DNA of 64,000 bases, taken from a virus. The stretch lies in IMG/VR virus record IMGVR_UViG_3300025450_000013. One strand, 5' to 3'. Positions 9,709 to 19,738 of the stretch are shown piece after piece; position 1 is the stretch's first letter, and every line of letters starts with the position of its first letter. The notes beneath the pieces are model-generated. The model saw only the letters and a list, made by a program, of their open reading frames with translations, made no database searches and had not been told where the DNA came from. The position numbers and the translations under genes are program-made.

Positions 9709-10150
9709 ATAGTTGTTTTTCTAGTAATCGTGCCTCTGCTTCCCAAGGAAGATTTTTATAACCGACTACCTTCTCATTATATAATACTTTATTCCATTTT
9801 TGATAGTTGCAGTCACCATCAACCAGTTCTTTTCTGGCATATTGCTTAACATGTGTTAATTCATGTGCTATGGTGCGCAGTAGGAATACACGACCAAGGC
9901 CACTATCTACCTCTATCTCAAACTCCCTATGGTTATGGTTTTTTGCATCATCATCGGTATACATTGCAAAACCAAAACACTTACTTTGTTTATAGAGGTC
10001 CTTTTTGAGTTTTATTACCACAAGGACATTTTTACTCAGGCGTTTCATAAGATAGTCGCAGAAAAAGGAAGCGGCCTCTTTTATTTCTTTTTTATCTACC
10101 TTTTTAGGAGTACCGTGTATTTTTATCTGCGCCATGTTTTCCTCATACAA
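9677..10150 (-). CDS. Zinc metallopeptidase-like protein
   Basis: AHELTHVKQY (HExxH) and PWEAEA. Confidence 0.75.
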   Translation of the reverse strand: MYEENMAQIKIHGTPKKVDKKEIKEAASFFCDYLMKRLSKNVLVVIKLKKDLYKQSKCFGFAMYTDDDAKNHNHREFEIEVDSGLGRVFLLRTIAHELTHVKQYARKELVDGDCNYQKWNKVLYNEKVVGYKNLPWEAEARLLEKQLYEMWKEKSGR

Positions 10151-10709
10151 AATAGAACCATCCTGTTACTATATACTTTTCTTGGGTTGGTGAAGTTATA
10201 CCTCTATGCGTAAAAGTCCAATCACTAGGCCATATTAAAGTTAATCCTCTTTCAGGTTTAATCTTAATTTTCTGGTGGTAAAATTCGGTTTCACCTTCAT
10301 CTGTAACATCATTCAGATAAGTCATGTATACCAAATGACGGAAATGTGTTAGATTACGACCTACTCCTCTTTCCGAATGCCATCCATGAAATGCCTGGCC
10401 AGGTTTATAATGCTGTATCTGAGGATACATAATCTCCATCCAATTTGATAAAGTATTACAAATAGGATATTTATCTATATATCTCAATACAGAATTCCTA
10501 CGGTATAAGCAATACTTATCATGTAAGAACTTTTCATCAAGTTTACAATCTGTGCTATCTTTGATATTAGGTCTTACTTCTTTACATTGTTTACCCGGTT
10601 CTTTGGAGTCACTATTCTTATGAAACTCAATAATTTCATCAATAAGTGGATCTTCAAGATACCACCCTCCGATAAAATTGTCAAGTTCATTTACATAATG
10701 TTCACGCAT
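10143..10709 (-). CDS. 2OG-Fe(II) oxygenase
   Basis: WHSE...YLNDV..GETEF...WPSDWTFTHRG...KYIVTGW. Confidence 0.88.
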   Translation of the reverse strand: MREHYVNELDNFIGGWYLEDPLIDEIIEFHKNSDSKEPGKQCKEVRPNIKDSTDCKLDEKFLHDKYCLYRRNSVLRYIDKYPICNTLSNWMEIMYPQIQHYKPGQAFHGWHSERGVGRNLTHFRHLVYMTYLNDVTDEGETEFYHQKIKIKPERGLTLIWPSDWTFTHRGITSPTQEKYIVTGWFYFV

Positions 10710-11002
10710 TATAGAAAAATATTACCAAATGACTTGAAGTCGGAAATCACACAAACTCCGTCTTCAGTTGGATCGGTATTATGCTCTAATTCCTCAGCAA
10801 AGTCAAGAGCCTCGTTTATTGTATAGAAAACAGGCACTTGTGCAAAGGTATCAAGGATTGCTTCAACATTTCCTTCATATTTTCCTGTTTCAGGATTCCA
10901 TTCACCATAGATGTTATCAATGGCATTGGCCCGTGTAACACGGTATTCTGGACCTCTTTCGGACTCAGTTAGTAACACATATATTCCATTATCTGCTGAC
11001 AT
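10709..11002 (-). CDS. Hypothetical protein (MSADNGIY family)
   Basis: Coupled ORF. Confidence 0.65.
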   Translation of the reverse strand: MSADNGIYVLLTESERGPEYRVTRANAIDNIYGEWNPETGKYEGNVEAILDTFAQVPVFYTINEALDFAEELEHNTDPTEDGVCVISDFKSFGNIFL

Positions 11003-11006
11003 TTAC

Positions 11007-11282
11007 TTATCCTTCACTTAGAACTTGCTTGACCGAATCCAAACGGAATGAACGCCAACCACCAGCATCAATGTCCCATACAGGTTGGACACTATCATTA
11101 ATCTGCCTTGTGTTCTTAGGAACCTGCCCGTCATATTCGGACAACATCTGTGGTTCAACCTGAGGAACATAAAGATCGGAAAGAGTGCAACGCATTGTGC
11201 GTTCCGTTCCGTCAGTTTTCTCAAAAACAACGGTAACAACTCCATTCTGTAGTTGTTCCTTTAAAGAATATTTATCAATCAT
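11007..11282 (-). CDS. SH3/WYL-like small protein (DUF2693-like)
   Basis: VVFEKTDGTERTMRCTL...VWDIDAGGWRSFRLD. Confidence 0.75.
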   Translation of the reverse strand: MIDKYSLKEQLQNGVVTVVFEKTDGTERTMRCTLSDLYVPQVEPQMLSEYDGQVPKNTRQINDSVQPVWDIDAGGWRSFRLDSVKQVLSEG

Positions 11283-11285
11283 AAC

Positions 11286-11534
11286 TTAACTCCTACTTTC
11301 TACATGGTCATAGTAATCATCAACGGCCCTACGGATAAGATGATCACCACTTATATAATAATCCGGATCCAAAATGGCCATCAATAGATGTTGATAATCC
11401 CTTTTAGGTAAGATTGATTTAGCCCTTTCTAGGTATTCTCGTCTAGTTTTCCTAGTATCTCTATTTTTGGTTACTTCCGTATATCCAACACGCATATCTG
11501 GAGTTACTTTAGGAAAAGAAAGTATATTAGTCAT
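11286..11534 (-). CDS. Hypothetical protein
   Basis: ORF with RBS. Confidence 0.6.
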   Translation of the reverse strand: MTNILSFPKVTPDMRVGYTEVTKNRDTRKTRREYLERAKSILPKRDYQHLLMAILDPDYYISGDHLIRRAVDDYYDHVESRS

Positions 11535-11543
11535 GACCGTTCC

Positions 11544-11771
11544 TTAGTAAGTTAGTAGCAAATCATATAACTCATTATAACCGCCAATATACTTCTTGTC
11601 AACTGTTATTACAGGAAAAGTTCTAGCTTGTGGGAACTGTTCCAATAGAGTATCTCGGTCAAAATCCTTACCTAGTTTATGCTCAATAAACTCTATTGCT
11701 TTTACCTTTAGTAAATGTCTAGCTTTATCACAAAAGGCACAGTTGTCTTTGGAATACATTATTACTTTCAT
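11544..11771 (-). CDS. nrdC: Glutaredoxin
   Basis: CAFC active site, TFPVI, YIGGY. Confidence 0.88.
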   Translation of the reverse strand: MKVIMYSKDNCAFCDKARHLLKVKAIEFIEHKLGKDFDRDTLLEQFPQARTFPVITVDKKYIGGYNELYDLLLTY

Positions 11772-12358
11772 CTATAACTCCCATTAAATGCTATGCTAAT
11801 ACGTTCTTCGTTAGTTTCGTTTGGTTCAACATAATGATATAACCATGCCGGAAATATAACTAAATCTCTCACTTTTGGTATATATCTATAGGTGGATGAA
11901 TTAAAGGTGTTGTATTGTTTTATATTGTTCATTTTTATATATTGGTCATATTTTCCTACAGGTGTTCTTAAAACTATATTACCCGAATTGATAGGAACTT
12001 TGACATAATAAACAGCAACAAAGATTGAGTTAGGATGATCATGTGGATTATTACTATTAGTTTGTTTGTTTATGTTTATCCAATAGTTGTCTATTTTTAT
12101 CCTTTCAGGTTCATTGAAATCTAATCTTGTTCCTAGTGATTCAAAATTCTTACAAATAACATCTATTAGATTTAATATATTTTCATCATGGGTATCTTTG
12201 ACATATAGGTCATTACTTTGCCATCCACCTATATTGGATAATACTCTACCTTTCTCATCTTCCTTTTTCTTATCATAACAATAATTCAATATAGCATCAT
12301 TATCTAATTCAATTTCATCATATGCTATAAAATTAGTAAAGATTGTTTCAAATTTCAT
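11768..12358 (-). CDS. 2OG-Fe(II) oxygenase (TIGR02466-like)
   Basis: WININ..HDHP..AVYYV..FPAWLYHYV..ERISIAFN. Confidence 0.85.
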   Translation of the reverse strand: MKFETIFTNFIAYDEIELDNDAILNYCYDKKKEDEKGRVLSNIGGWQSNDLYVKDTHDENILNLIDVICKNFESLGTRLDFNEPERIKIDNYWININKQTNSNNPHDHPNSIFVAVYYVKVPINSGNIVLRTPVGKYDQYIKMNNIKQYNTFNSSTYRYIPKVRDLVIFPAWLYHYVEPNETNEERISIAFNGSYR

Positions 12359-12705
12359 AGTAGATGTTGCGCCAATACCATACAAGAAATCCAGGCCCAG
12401 ATTGTATTGAAACCAACTAAAGTTGGTAAAAGTTTCTTATTACTGGCCCAAATGAGTGCTAATGAAGTAAATAGAGTTAAGAAGTATAGTTGCCATACTT
12501 GAATACCAAATATCAAACCAGGAACAATGATAAGGGCTTTAGCAAACCATGAAACAAACTCAACGGTATTGTAATCTGTCCAATATGCCCTTGTGAACCA
12601 CATACTATAACAATTTTTTATTTTGGTAAATGTTATATGTTTATAGACAATTAGTAGTAAAAAGGCCCATACGCCTGATGCTATTAGAATTTGTTGTGTT
12701 GTCAT
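12355..12705 (-). CDS. Membrane protein
   Basis: Several hydrophobic segments. Confidence 0.7.
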   Translation of the reverse strand: MTTQQILIASGVWAFLLLIVYKHITFTKIKNCYSMWFTRAYWTDYNTVEFVSWFAKALIIVPGLIFGIQVWQLYFLTLFTSLALIWASNKKLLPTLVGFNTIWAWISCMVLAQHLL

Positions 12706-12711
12706 GTTGCC

Positions 12712-13104
12712 TCACTTTTTGATATGGGACTTTCTTACTCGTACCATGATCCATGTATTATAGTAATCTTCGGTCATCAAGGCATCTCTGGCAAACTGTT
12801 CTTTGGCCTCAAGGTATGAAGCCTCGCCTTTAGACTTACAAAGATATAGGATTTCTCGTTTGAACTTGTCTTTGCCGTATAGATCCACATGTTCATTCAG
12901 TTCTTTGTTAGAACCATAATAATCTAACCAGTCGGAGTCAACCTGTTTCTTCACCCGCTTACCTTTTCGTTTGGTAGAGCGGGTGAACTTAAACAGTTTC
13001 TTTCCGATATATTTACGACCTGTTACCTCGTTTGTGATAAGGTAAACAAAGGCTACATAACCATCGGGTATTTCTTCAAAGGGTGTATTGTTGTATAACC
13101 ACAT
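12712..13104 (-). CDS. GIY-YIG-like protein (conserved Seg-like)
   Basis: FVYLITNEVTGRKYIGKK...YYGS...FKREIL...EAKEQF...YYN. Confidence 0.8.
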   Translation of the reverse strand: MWLYNNTPFEEIPDGYVAFVYLITNEVTGRKYIGKKLFKFTRSTKRKGKRVKKQVDSDWLDYYGSNKELNEHVDLYGKDKFKREILYLCKSKGEASYLEAKEQFARDALMTEDYYNTWIMVRVRKSHIKK

Positions 13105-13119
13105 ACACCTATGTAGGTA

Positions 13120-13341
13120 TTAGTCCTCTTCGTCTTCCATTTCAGGTGGATACTTTTCGTTCCATACCTCATCCCATGCTTTATCATTCTCAAGGCATTC
13201 TTCTAAGTTCTTAGCATCAAAGTCCTCAAAAACCTCTAGCAATATTTCATAAACGATTTTACGATCATCATATGAAACTTCGCTATCAACCAGTTTTTCA
13301 ATAATCTGATCTAGTATTTGTGAACCTGTATTAAGAGCCAT
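13120..13341 (-). CDS. Acidic hypothetical protein
   Basis: AAGGA RBS. Confidence 0.65.
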   Translation of the reverse strand: MALNTGSQILDQIIEKLVDSEVSYDDRKIVYEILLEVFEDFDAKNLEECLENDKAWDEVWNEKYPPEMEDEED

Positions 13342-13353
13342 TAGTTTTTCCTT

Positions 13354-13767
13354 TTAGTTTATAATTCTTATTGTTGTACCTTCACGGTCATGTTTAACTA
13401 TATCATATAAAATGGCCGCATGAGCAGGCGATAGACGGACACAACCGTGACTAGCAGGACGACCCAAAGCACCCACATGAGGCGTAGCATGAATAGCATA
13501 CCCACCACTGAAAAAGATAGAATGAGGCATAGGAGCATTATCATACTTTTTGCTGTAGTGCATAGGCTGGAGTGAATATGGGTAAAAAGTTCCATTTGGT
13601 GTATAGTATCCTTTTCGTGCAGTTGATACTGGCCACTGATATGAACCTTCATCAGTATCAACCTGCATCATCTGGTGTCTCTTGCTGATAGTTATATCAG
13701 TTTGTGCCATTGCTGGTGTAGTAAGTAGCATCATTGCAACGAGTAGTTTCTTCACATCAGTCTCCAT
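13354..13767 (-). CDS. Secreted L,D-transpeptidase (YkuD family)
   Basis: Signal peptide; WPVSTAR..TP.G..APMPHSIFF..AIHAT..LGRPASHGCVRL. Confidence 0.9.
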   Translation of the reverse strand: METDVKKLLVAMMLLTTPAMAQTDITISKRHQMMQVDTDEGSYQWPVSTARKGYYTPNGTFYPYSLQPMHYSKKYDNAPMPHSIFFSGGYAIHATPHVGALGRPASHGCVRLSPAHAAILYDIVKHDREGTTIRIIN

Positions 13768-14218
13768 TACAGTTAGTTATACCAAAAACTTCACAGTAAG
13801 ATTTAGTCCAGTCGCCTGAAATCTTATCCTGTGCCTCTTTTAATGTCATCTTACCACTACATACTAAACTATGTAGCTTATTTTCAAGTTCATCTTTCAC
13901 ATGGGCATTCCATGGTAAAGTTTTATATGACTGTGGCCAAAGATTACTGATTTCATTAGAACCACCTAACTGTAAACTGATTAGGTGGTCTATCTCATAC
14001 TGACCTGGTTTGCGAGATGTAATACCATATATCTGATATGCCTTATTCTTTACATTCTGTGGAACATTCCTGACACGACCAGCATAACCAGGAACGCAAA
14101 CCTCTTTCTCTGTTACAGGAAGAGTTGCGCCTGGTGTTAGTTGATGGTTTGGCAGCAAAGGATCAAGTGCCATTGCTGGTGTGGTGACAAGGAGAAAGGC
14201 GAGGATTAGATTTCGCAT
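13757..14218 (-). CDS. Secreted HNH-like protein
   Basis: Signal peptide MRNLILAFLLVTTPAMA; YEIDHLISLQLGGSN..NLWPQ. Confidence 0.75.
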   Translation of the reverse strand: MRNLILAFLLVTTPAMALDPLLPNHQLTPGATLPVTEKEVCVPGYAGRVRNVPQNVKNKAYQIYGITSRKPGQYEIDHLISLQLGGSNEISNLWPQSYKTLPWNAHVKDELENKLHSLVCSGKMTLKEAQDKISGDWTKSYCEVFGITNCNGD

Positions 14219-16098
14219 GTGCCACTTGTGCAAGCTAGTGTCTGCACCCCTTCAACATTGTCTTCCATCTCAACCAAACTATCCCAGTCAAGATGTGTTG
14301 GAATAGAAGGCAGCATAGCATCATAAAGGTCTTTGGTTATGGCCTCATAAGGTGCTTGCCGATAGCTACCACCATCGTAAGGTAGGAACGATACGCCGGA
14401 CATCTCATCAAAGTGGTCGTAAACCCAGGCACCGACCTTCATCCATTCGTCCTCACGAACATTGATAGTGACTGATGGCTTGTGTTCCGCCCAACTTTCC
14501 TGATACACCGCCCATAGTTCTAGATGACTAATAGCGTTGATATCGTCACGAACAACGGCACCTTTTGGTGCTTTCTGTGGGAAGGAGAATACTGTTGTGG
14601 AGTCGGGCTTCATAACATCTGGTTCCCAAGGCACACCCTTTTCTTTCATAAACTTTGTTAGAGGATCTTTATTATCAGCCCGAACACGACGGATATAATA
14701 ATTAGAATGCCGTGGATGAATACCAGACGCGGAGTCGCATAGTTGCGATACTGTGCCAGAAGGCTTGACACAAGTAATAGCAGCGGCAGGATTAATACCA
14801 AGTTTTTCAGCCAGTCCATTATTCACCTCAACAGCATAGTCACGAAGAGAAGCAAGGCGTGCCTTAATCTCTTTATCATGTGGATTGTTAAACAACTTGG
14901 AGTCATAGATGCCTGTAAGTGATACACCAAGTAGGCGTTCTTCTTCGGCGTTCTTCTTCCAAACTTTTCTCAGGTAGGGAAAATCCGTAAGAGTAGATTG
15001 AAAAGTACCGAGGATAGTTGCAATCTTAACTTTATCTCTAATAGTTTCCATCGTGTCATCTGACCGCAGGACAACTTCAGTAAGGTTGCAAAAGCCATAT
15101 GGTCTAAGGATGATCTCCGAACACGGATTGGTTCCAAATGCTTGGTCTGGATTTCGTCTGCCATTTCTCGCAGCGATTTTTTGACATGCTTCACGACTGA
15201 ATAAACCTCTCTCGCCTGACTTGGATTCATATAATGATAACCACTCGGACATGAAAGATCCAATCTCTGGTTTCTCATTATAGACGGCCGAGTTGTTTGA
15301 CAATGCCCGTTGTGGGTTTGCTTCCCACCACGCACCCGCCTTGGCGTGACGCATACGGTCATCGGATAGGTTAGATAGAGAAATCATAGCAGAACGACGG
15401 ACACCGCCAACTACAACAACCTCACCAATCTTACACATTATATCATGACACTCAATGGAAGTCAGGCGACGACCATGAGCATTACGGAATACTTTTACAA
15501 CAAACTTGAATAGATCATTTAGAGGACCTGGGCCAGATGAACGACCACCAAAGGTCTTCAACGGAGCACCAGCAGGACGCACCTTGGTTAGGTCCCACTT
15601 TGGAATCTCACCTGTGTATAGGAGAGCAATAAGCATACGTAGAGCCTTAGCCCAACCTTCTTTGCTATCTCTCACGGAAATGGTGGTATCGGAGTCATAC
15701 ATCTTCTCCGGAATCTCTGGCAACTGATTAATGAACTGGCGCTCAACGGAGAAACCAACACCTGTTCCACATAGTAGAATGAACATGGCCTCATCAAAGG
15801 CCTTAGGGTCATCAATAGTTAGAAATGAACAGTTATAACCACATGTGTGGTCTCGCTCTAATGCCTTACCAGCAGTCATAAGGGACCGCATAGATGGCAT
15901 AACTTTTAGTTTGATAATGTAATCTTTTATCTCTTCACGATAAGGTGCCATATCAAAGTTATAAGTATCGGCGAGGTGATTAGACATAAAGGTAATATAA
16001 CGTTCAACGGTTTCCTCCCAATTTTCTCGACGGTTTAGTTCTGGTACATAACGAGCATATCTGGATTTATAGATGAATTCCTGGTAAAGTGATTCCAT
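14206..16098 (-). CDS. nrdJ: Class II (B12-dependent) ribonucleoside-triphosphate reductase
   Basis: YNCSF, GTGVGFS, GGVRRSA, TNPCSEI, TCVKPSGTVS, C-terminal CTSGTC; no beta-subunit gene in this window. Confidence 0.92.
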   Translation of the reverse strand: MESLYQEFIYKSRYARYVPELNRRENWEETVERYITFMSNHLADTYNFDMAPYREEIKDYIIKLKVMPSMRSLMTAGKALERDHTCGYNCSFLTIDDPKAFDEAMFILLCGTGVGFSVERQFINQLPEIPEKMYDSDTTISVRDSKEGWAKALRMLIALLYTGEIPKWDLTKVRPAGAPLKTFGGRSSGPGPLNDLFKFVVKVFRNAHGRRLTSIECHDIMCKIGEVVVVGGVRRSAMISLSNLSDDRMRHAKAGAWWEANPQRALSNNSAVYNEKPEIGSFMSEWLSLYESKSGERGLFSREACQKIAARNGRRNPDQAFGTNPCSEIILRPYGFCNLTEVVLRSDDTMETIRDKVKIATILGTFQSTLTDFPYLRKVWKKNAEEERLLGVSLTGIYDSKLFNNPHDKEIKARLASLRDYAVEVNNGLAEKLGINPAAAITCVKPSGTVSQLCDSASGIHPRHSNYYIRRVRADNKDPLTKFMKEKGVPWEPDVMKPDSTTVFSFPQKAPKGAVVRDDINAISHLELWAVYQESWAEHKPSVTINVREDEWMKVGAWVYDHFDEMSGVSFLPYDGGSYRQAPYEAITKDLYDAMLPSIPTHLDWDSLVEMEDNVEGVQTLACTSGTCEI

Positions 16099-16100
16099 TA

Positions 16101-16694
16101 TTACTTCCTCTTATATATTCTTCCTTTGACAAACCCGGATGGTATGTCATCTGTTTCTTTTATTCTCTTGCTTATAACACCATCATTTATCCAGATAGTG
16201 TCTTGACAAACTTTTGCTGTTTCACTGGTAAATTTTGTTATGTTAGCAGCAGCGACAATCGCTTTTTTTTCTTCTGAAAGTTTCCATGTTCTTCCTTTTG
16301 ATGCTTGTATTCTTTTATTTCTGTTTCTGGCCCAAGATGCTCTCTGTGCTTCGGAAACTTTTTTATTTCTTTCTTCTGTATATTCCATTATCAAACCGGT
16401 GTTACCTTCACCACCATCGGTTCTATTATGTAGAATGCCGGTATTAAGGTCTTTACGACCATACCAACGAATATAGAATCTTTCTAAAGCAAGAGCACCG
16501 AGGTCTGTTAGATTGGACTCCATTATAACAATTCTATTTTTATCAGTAGGCCTTATAATGGAATGAGATTTGTGTTTCTCCCACGCTCTGCGACCTTTTC
16601 CCTTACCAATATAATAAGGTGTAAGTTCATCTTTACGCAAATAAGCATAAATGTAGAAACCTGGAGGTTGATTTGAGGATGTATAAATAGACAT
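16101..16694 (-). CDS. Free-standing GIY-YIG homing endonuclease between thyX and nrdJ
   Basis: Start MSIY (GGGAG RBS); [36 protein letters not shown]; C-terminal WINDG..P.GFVKGR domain. Confidence 0.88.
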   Translation of the reverse strand: MSIYTSSNQPPGFYIYAYLRKDELTPYYIGKGKGRRAWEKHKSHSIIRPTDKNRIVIMESNLTDLGALALERFYIRWYGRKDLNTGILHNRTDGGEGNTGLIMEYTEERNKKVSEAQRASWARNRNKRIQASKGRTWKLSEEKKAIVAAANITKFTSETAKVCQDTIWINDGVISKRIKETDDIPSGFVKGRIYKRK

Positions 16695-16760
16695 GCTGGC
16701 ACTCCCTAAAAGTGTTAGAGTCCGTAGAGTTCGCACCTCGTGACGGACATGTCTATTTAG
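16683..16760. repeat. Endonuclease-leader cassette copy B
   Basis: Perfect 12-bp terminal IR TAAATAGACATG/CATGTCTATTTA enclosing two hairpins. Confidence 0.88.
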
Positions 16761-16774
16761 TAATCCTATACTTT

Positions 16775-17512
16775 TCACCAAAATGGCCACCAAGGTTTTT
16801 CTTTAGCGTCTGGATTCTCCATCTGTATTGGTGCAGGATGCCAATACTCTCTCAATGACGGGAAGTGTTTTAGAATTTCTTCCTGTGCATCAAGAGCAAT
16901 CAAACGATGTTCTTTCTGTGTGCCTACTTCCGCACGAACATCTATCCAGTGAATCCAAGAACGAAGTGTACCTGACATATATAGTCGTGTCTTGGTTAGA
17001 CCTTCTGGTAAGATTGCTCTAGCCTGTTCTTTGGCGATACCAAGTTCAATAGCAGTCTTATAATGTCTAACTGCAAGATCACCAACAACACCTTGAAGAT
17101 AATTCCAATCATATTTAAGATTGTCATCATCCGTCTCAATACTATTCTGACGGTTCTTGGCATCCTGTAGTCGTGCTTCTCTTGTAACGAAACCCATATC
17201 CTTTGTTGGATCAGCATAACGCTGGCTAAACTCTTGGAATGAAAATGACCGATGACGGATAATTTGATGTGCTATATCACGGGTTGTCTGAATATCCATA
17301 GTGATAGACACCATCTCAAATGGAGACCAGTGCTTATTTTTGATTAGGTATTTGAGAAGTTTAGGTGCTGTTAAGGTATTGTGTTGATTAGACGGGTTTG
17401 ATACTCTGGCTGTGTAAGCAATAAAGGCCTCGGCACCGATTGCTCGTTCTGTTTGTGTTTCCCATGCCGAAAGTATCGGTTGTGTCAATGCTATAATTTT
17501 CGCGGTATTCAT
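16775..17512 (-). CDS. thyX: Flavin-dependent thymidylate synthase
   Basis: [34 protein letters not shown]. Confidence 0.95.
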   Translation of the reverse strand: MNTAKIIALTQPILSAWETQTERAIGAEAFIAYTARVSNPSNQHNTLTAPKLLKYLIKNKHWSPFEMVSITMDIQTTRDIAHQIIRHRSFSFQEFSQRYADPTKDMGFVTREARLQDAKNRQNSIETDDDNLKYDWNYLQGVVGDLAVRHYKTAIELGIAKEQARAILPEGLTKTRLYMSGTLRSWIHWIDVRAEVGTQKEHRLIALDAQEEILKHFPSLREYWHPAPIQMENPDAKEKPWWPFW

Positions 17513-17724
17513 TTTGTTTCCTCATTAATAATCTTTATAACTTCGGATAAACTTTCTTCTACTGTCCATTCTGTACCACCCGGACCACCAAAAATAACTG
17601 TGGCAACGCTACCACTATCTCTTCGGCGTCTTTCATAGACAGCAATAATCCACTCAGAGTTAATGTAAATTGGCATGTCAACTACATTGTCGTTTGACAT
17701 ATTTTTAAATTTCAACATACTCAT
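17509..17724 (-). CDS. Hypothetical protein
   Basis: ATGA-coupled on both sides. Confidence 0.65.
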   Translation of the reverse strand: MSMLKFKNMSNDNVVDMPIYINSEWIIAVYERRRRDSGSVATVIFGGPGGTEWTVEESLSEVIKIINEETK

Positions 17725-18737
17725 AATCTACTCCATATATTCAAGTTCATCGTAGCCTCAAATCCGCTGTGTGTGTTTATATCTATAATGTGTTGGAGAA
17801 TGGCAGGAGACAATCCTGAAAGAACCATTTCATTAATATCTTTTTCTTTAATTGTGTCAGGCCAAATACAAATCTTATAACCTAAATCAATAGTCTTGCG
17901 CATATTGGAAACAATTTGTTTGTTCCTAGGTTCATTATCATACACAAAAATATAATCTTTGTCAAGACCTACAATGTTAGGAGCATTAAACAGTGCTGCA
18001 TCCATAGTAGCCAGAGAATTGTTAAGGAAAAGACTGTCGATGGGTCCCTCAACAACATATATAGGCATATCAAAGTTAAGTTTATCCCAACCAAAAACTT
18101 TTGGGTTCTCTTCGTCACTTTTGATCGTGATATACTTGATCTTGGAATGTCTGTCAATGGATCGCCCCTGTATTCCCAGTAGTTGGCCGTCCCTGTTATA
18201 GAACGGGATTATTATGCGAGGTTCCTTATATAGTGTTTTTGCGTGTGCAGGAAATGTGACAGAAACGAAGTTTGCAAAGTCTTCCGCATACCACATATCA
18301 TCAATAGGAACCTTCCTATCTTCTAAATATTTTCTAGCCGGATGATAAGGATTCAATCCATTAACACGAACGGCATCACTGTATAGTAGGGACTTAGGTT
18401 GTTCTTTAAAGACTGGTTTGGAGACAAAATCCTTGACGTCCACAACGGTGTTGGTCGTGTTAGGTTGGACGAACGAGTCCAATACAAAATCACGATATAA
18501 CATCGGATCTTCATCTTTTAGGAACTTTTGAAATGTGGTGGAGGTGTGACAATTATGACACATAAAGAAGAGGTGTTCCTTCTTCTTATAGATGTAACCA
18601 CGGGCCTTTAGTTTGTCCTTCTTGGAATCACCACATACGGGGCAAGAAAAGTTCCATAAAAATTCCCCCCTCTGCTTGAAGTTTTTCAACTTGGGCGAAA
18701 GGAGGGAAACATATTTTTTATCTATGTATAAGGACAT
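17721..18737 (-). CDS. DNA primase (T4 gp61-like)
   Basis: CPVCGDS..KARG..CHNC zinc finger; EGPIDS and DNEPRN TOPRIM motifs. Confidence 0.94.
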   Translation of the reverse strand: MSLYIDKKYVSLLSPKLKNFKQRGEFLWNFSCPVCGDSKKDKLKARGYIYKKKEHLFFMCHNCHTSTTFQKFLKDEDPMLYRDFVLDSFVQPNTTNTVVDVKDFVSKPVFKEQPKSLLYSDAVRVNGLNPYHPARKYLEDRKVPIDDMWYAEDFANFVSVTFPAHAKTLYKEPRIIIPFYNRDGQLLGIQGRSIDRHSKIKYITIKSDEENPKVFGWDKLNFDMPIYVVEGPIDSLFLNNSLATMDAALFNAPNIVGLDKDYIFVYDNEPRNKQIVSNMRKTIDLGYKICIWPDTIKEKDINEMVLSGLSPAILQHIIDINTHSGFEATMNLNIWSRL

Positions 18738-18766
18738 ATTCCACCATAATCATAACGAAGTTTTTT

Positions 18767-18795
18767 ATTATACTTGGTAGTTGGCTCTATGTCAA
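18767..18795 (-). promoter_or_regulatory. Sigma70 consensus promoter for the primase-thyX-nrdJ operon
   Basis: TTGACA-17-TATAAT, perfect consensus. Confidence 0.8.
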
Positions 18796-19140
18796 CTACT
18801 TTCTTGGTGGCAGTTCCCTTTTATGTTGTTGTTCTATATTTTGTAAGGACTGCTTTATATCATTTACCTCATCCCAAAGACTTTTACGGTCATTATCAGT
18901 CAATTCTTTTCTTTGACCAAGGTAATCTTCAATATGTTGGACTCTGGACTCAAGATAGGTCACTTTTGTTTTAAGTTCCATATCTCCCACTTTAAGGTCA
19001 CTAATGGTCCATAATAGTGATACACCAATACCACACACGGCAATTATAGCTGTAATAGCGTGTGGTAAAAAATTGATAAGATTGAATCCACCTCCATCAT
19101 CGCCAATCTCGTCGTTATGGTTGTGGTCGTGTTTTAACAT
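18796..19140 (-). CDS. Single-TM coiled-coil protein
   Basis: One TM segment followed by a coiled coil; AGGAG RBS. Confidence 0.65.
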   Translation of the reverse strand: MLKHDHNHNDEIGDDGGGFNLINFLPHAITAIIAVCGIGVSLLWTISDLKVGDMELKTKVTYLESRVQHIEDYLGQRKELTDNDRKSLWDEVNDIKQSLQNIEQQHKRELPPRK

Positions 19141-19180
19141 TTTGGTTTACTTTCTCCTGTTTAAACCTCCATCTTATAAA

Positions 19181-19209
19181 TCGTCGCCCTCACAGGACCG
19201 GGGCGACGA
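19181..19209 (-). terminator. GC-rich hairpin after the M15 peptidase gene
   Basis: TCGTCGCCC...GGGCGACGA; weak U-tract. Confidence 0.5.
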
Positions 19210-19210
19210 A

Positions 19211-19738
19211 TTAGTATCTCCATGCAGCCTGAAAATGCATCGGGTCGTTATCGCCGGGTCTACCGCGCCACCACAATCCGTGCTTCTCCAATATATCTGC
19301 GAAATCGTGGTTCAGCATACCTTCATGCCATGCAGATGGCCAAGGATTTCTTGCTGGGTCCATATCAATGGCTATACCCCATGAATGGACTGATAATCTA
19401 GAACCACCTCGCATCAGTCTGTAGTTATAAGAACCACCTGACTGATCTAGGTGTAGTTTCTTAATGTTATCTTTACCAAAGTGTTCTAGAACCTCGGTAA
19501 ATGCCGCAGTATAGACATCAACTACCTTCTTATGTAGTTTCATTGTCTTGAACTGCTGGCCACTGGCATTAAAGAACATAGGGTAAGGTGGTGCCCACTT
19601 TACGATGTTCTCTTTGAACCAAGTAGGATCTACATCTCCGTTTTTACCAGATGGATCCCCGAAAAACTTATTTAGATTTACCACATCTTCGTGCGGAAAA
19701 AGTTCTTTACACTTTGCGTTTGTTACCGTACCTGGCAT
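19211..19738 (-). CDS. M15-family peptidoglycan peptidase (endolysin-like)
   Basis: YNYRLMRG..SVHSWGIAIDMD...DPMHFQ. Confidence 0.85.
   Translation of the reverse strand: MPGTVTNAKCKELFPHEDVVNLNKFFGDPSGKNGDVDPTWFKENIVKWAPPYPMFFNASGQQFKTMKLHKKVVDVYTAAFTEVLEHFGKDNIKKLHLDQSGGSYNYRLMRGGSRLSVHSWGIAIDMDPARNPWPSAWHEGMLNHDFADILEKHGLWWRGRPGDNDPMHFQAAWRY

Noticed and set aside
16695-16793. N-terminal extensions of the three endonuclease ORFs (also 27794-27880 and 59709-59804)
   Set aside because: They merely read through the non-coding cassette; the RBS and the shared M-S/T-I-Y start mark the true starts.
16101-16793. Group I intron or intein hosting the endonucleases
   Set aside because: The flanking genes (thyX, nrdJ, plcP-like, GT4, HAD, ligase-like) look complete and there is no room for an intron core, so the nucleases are free-standing.
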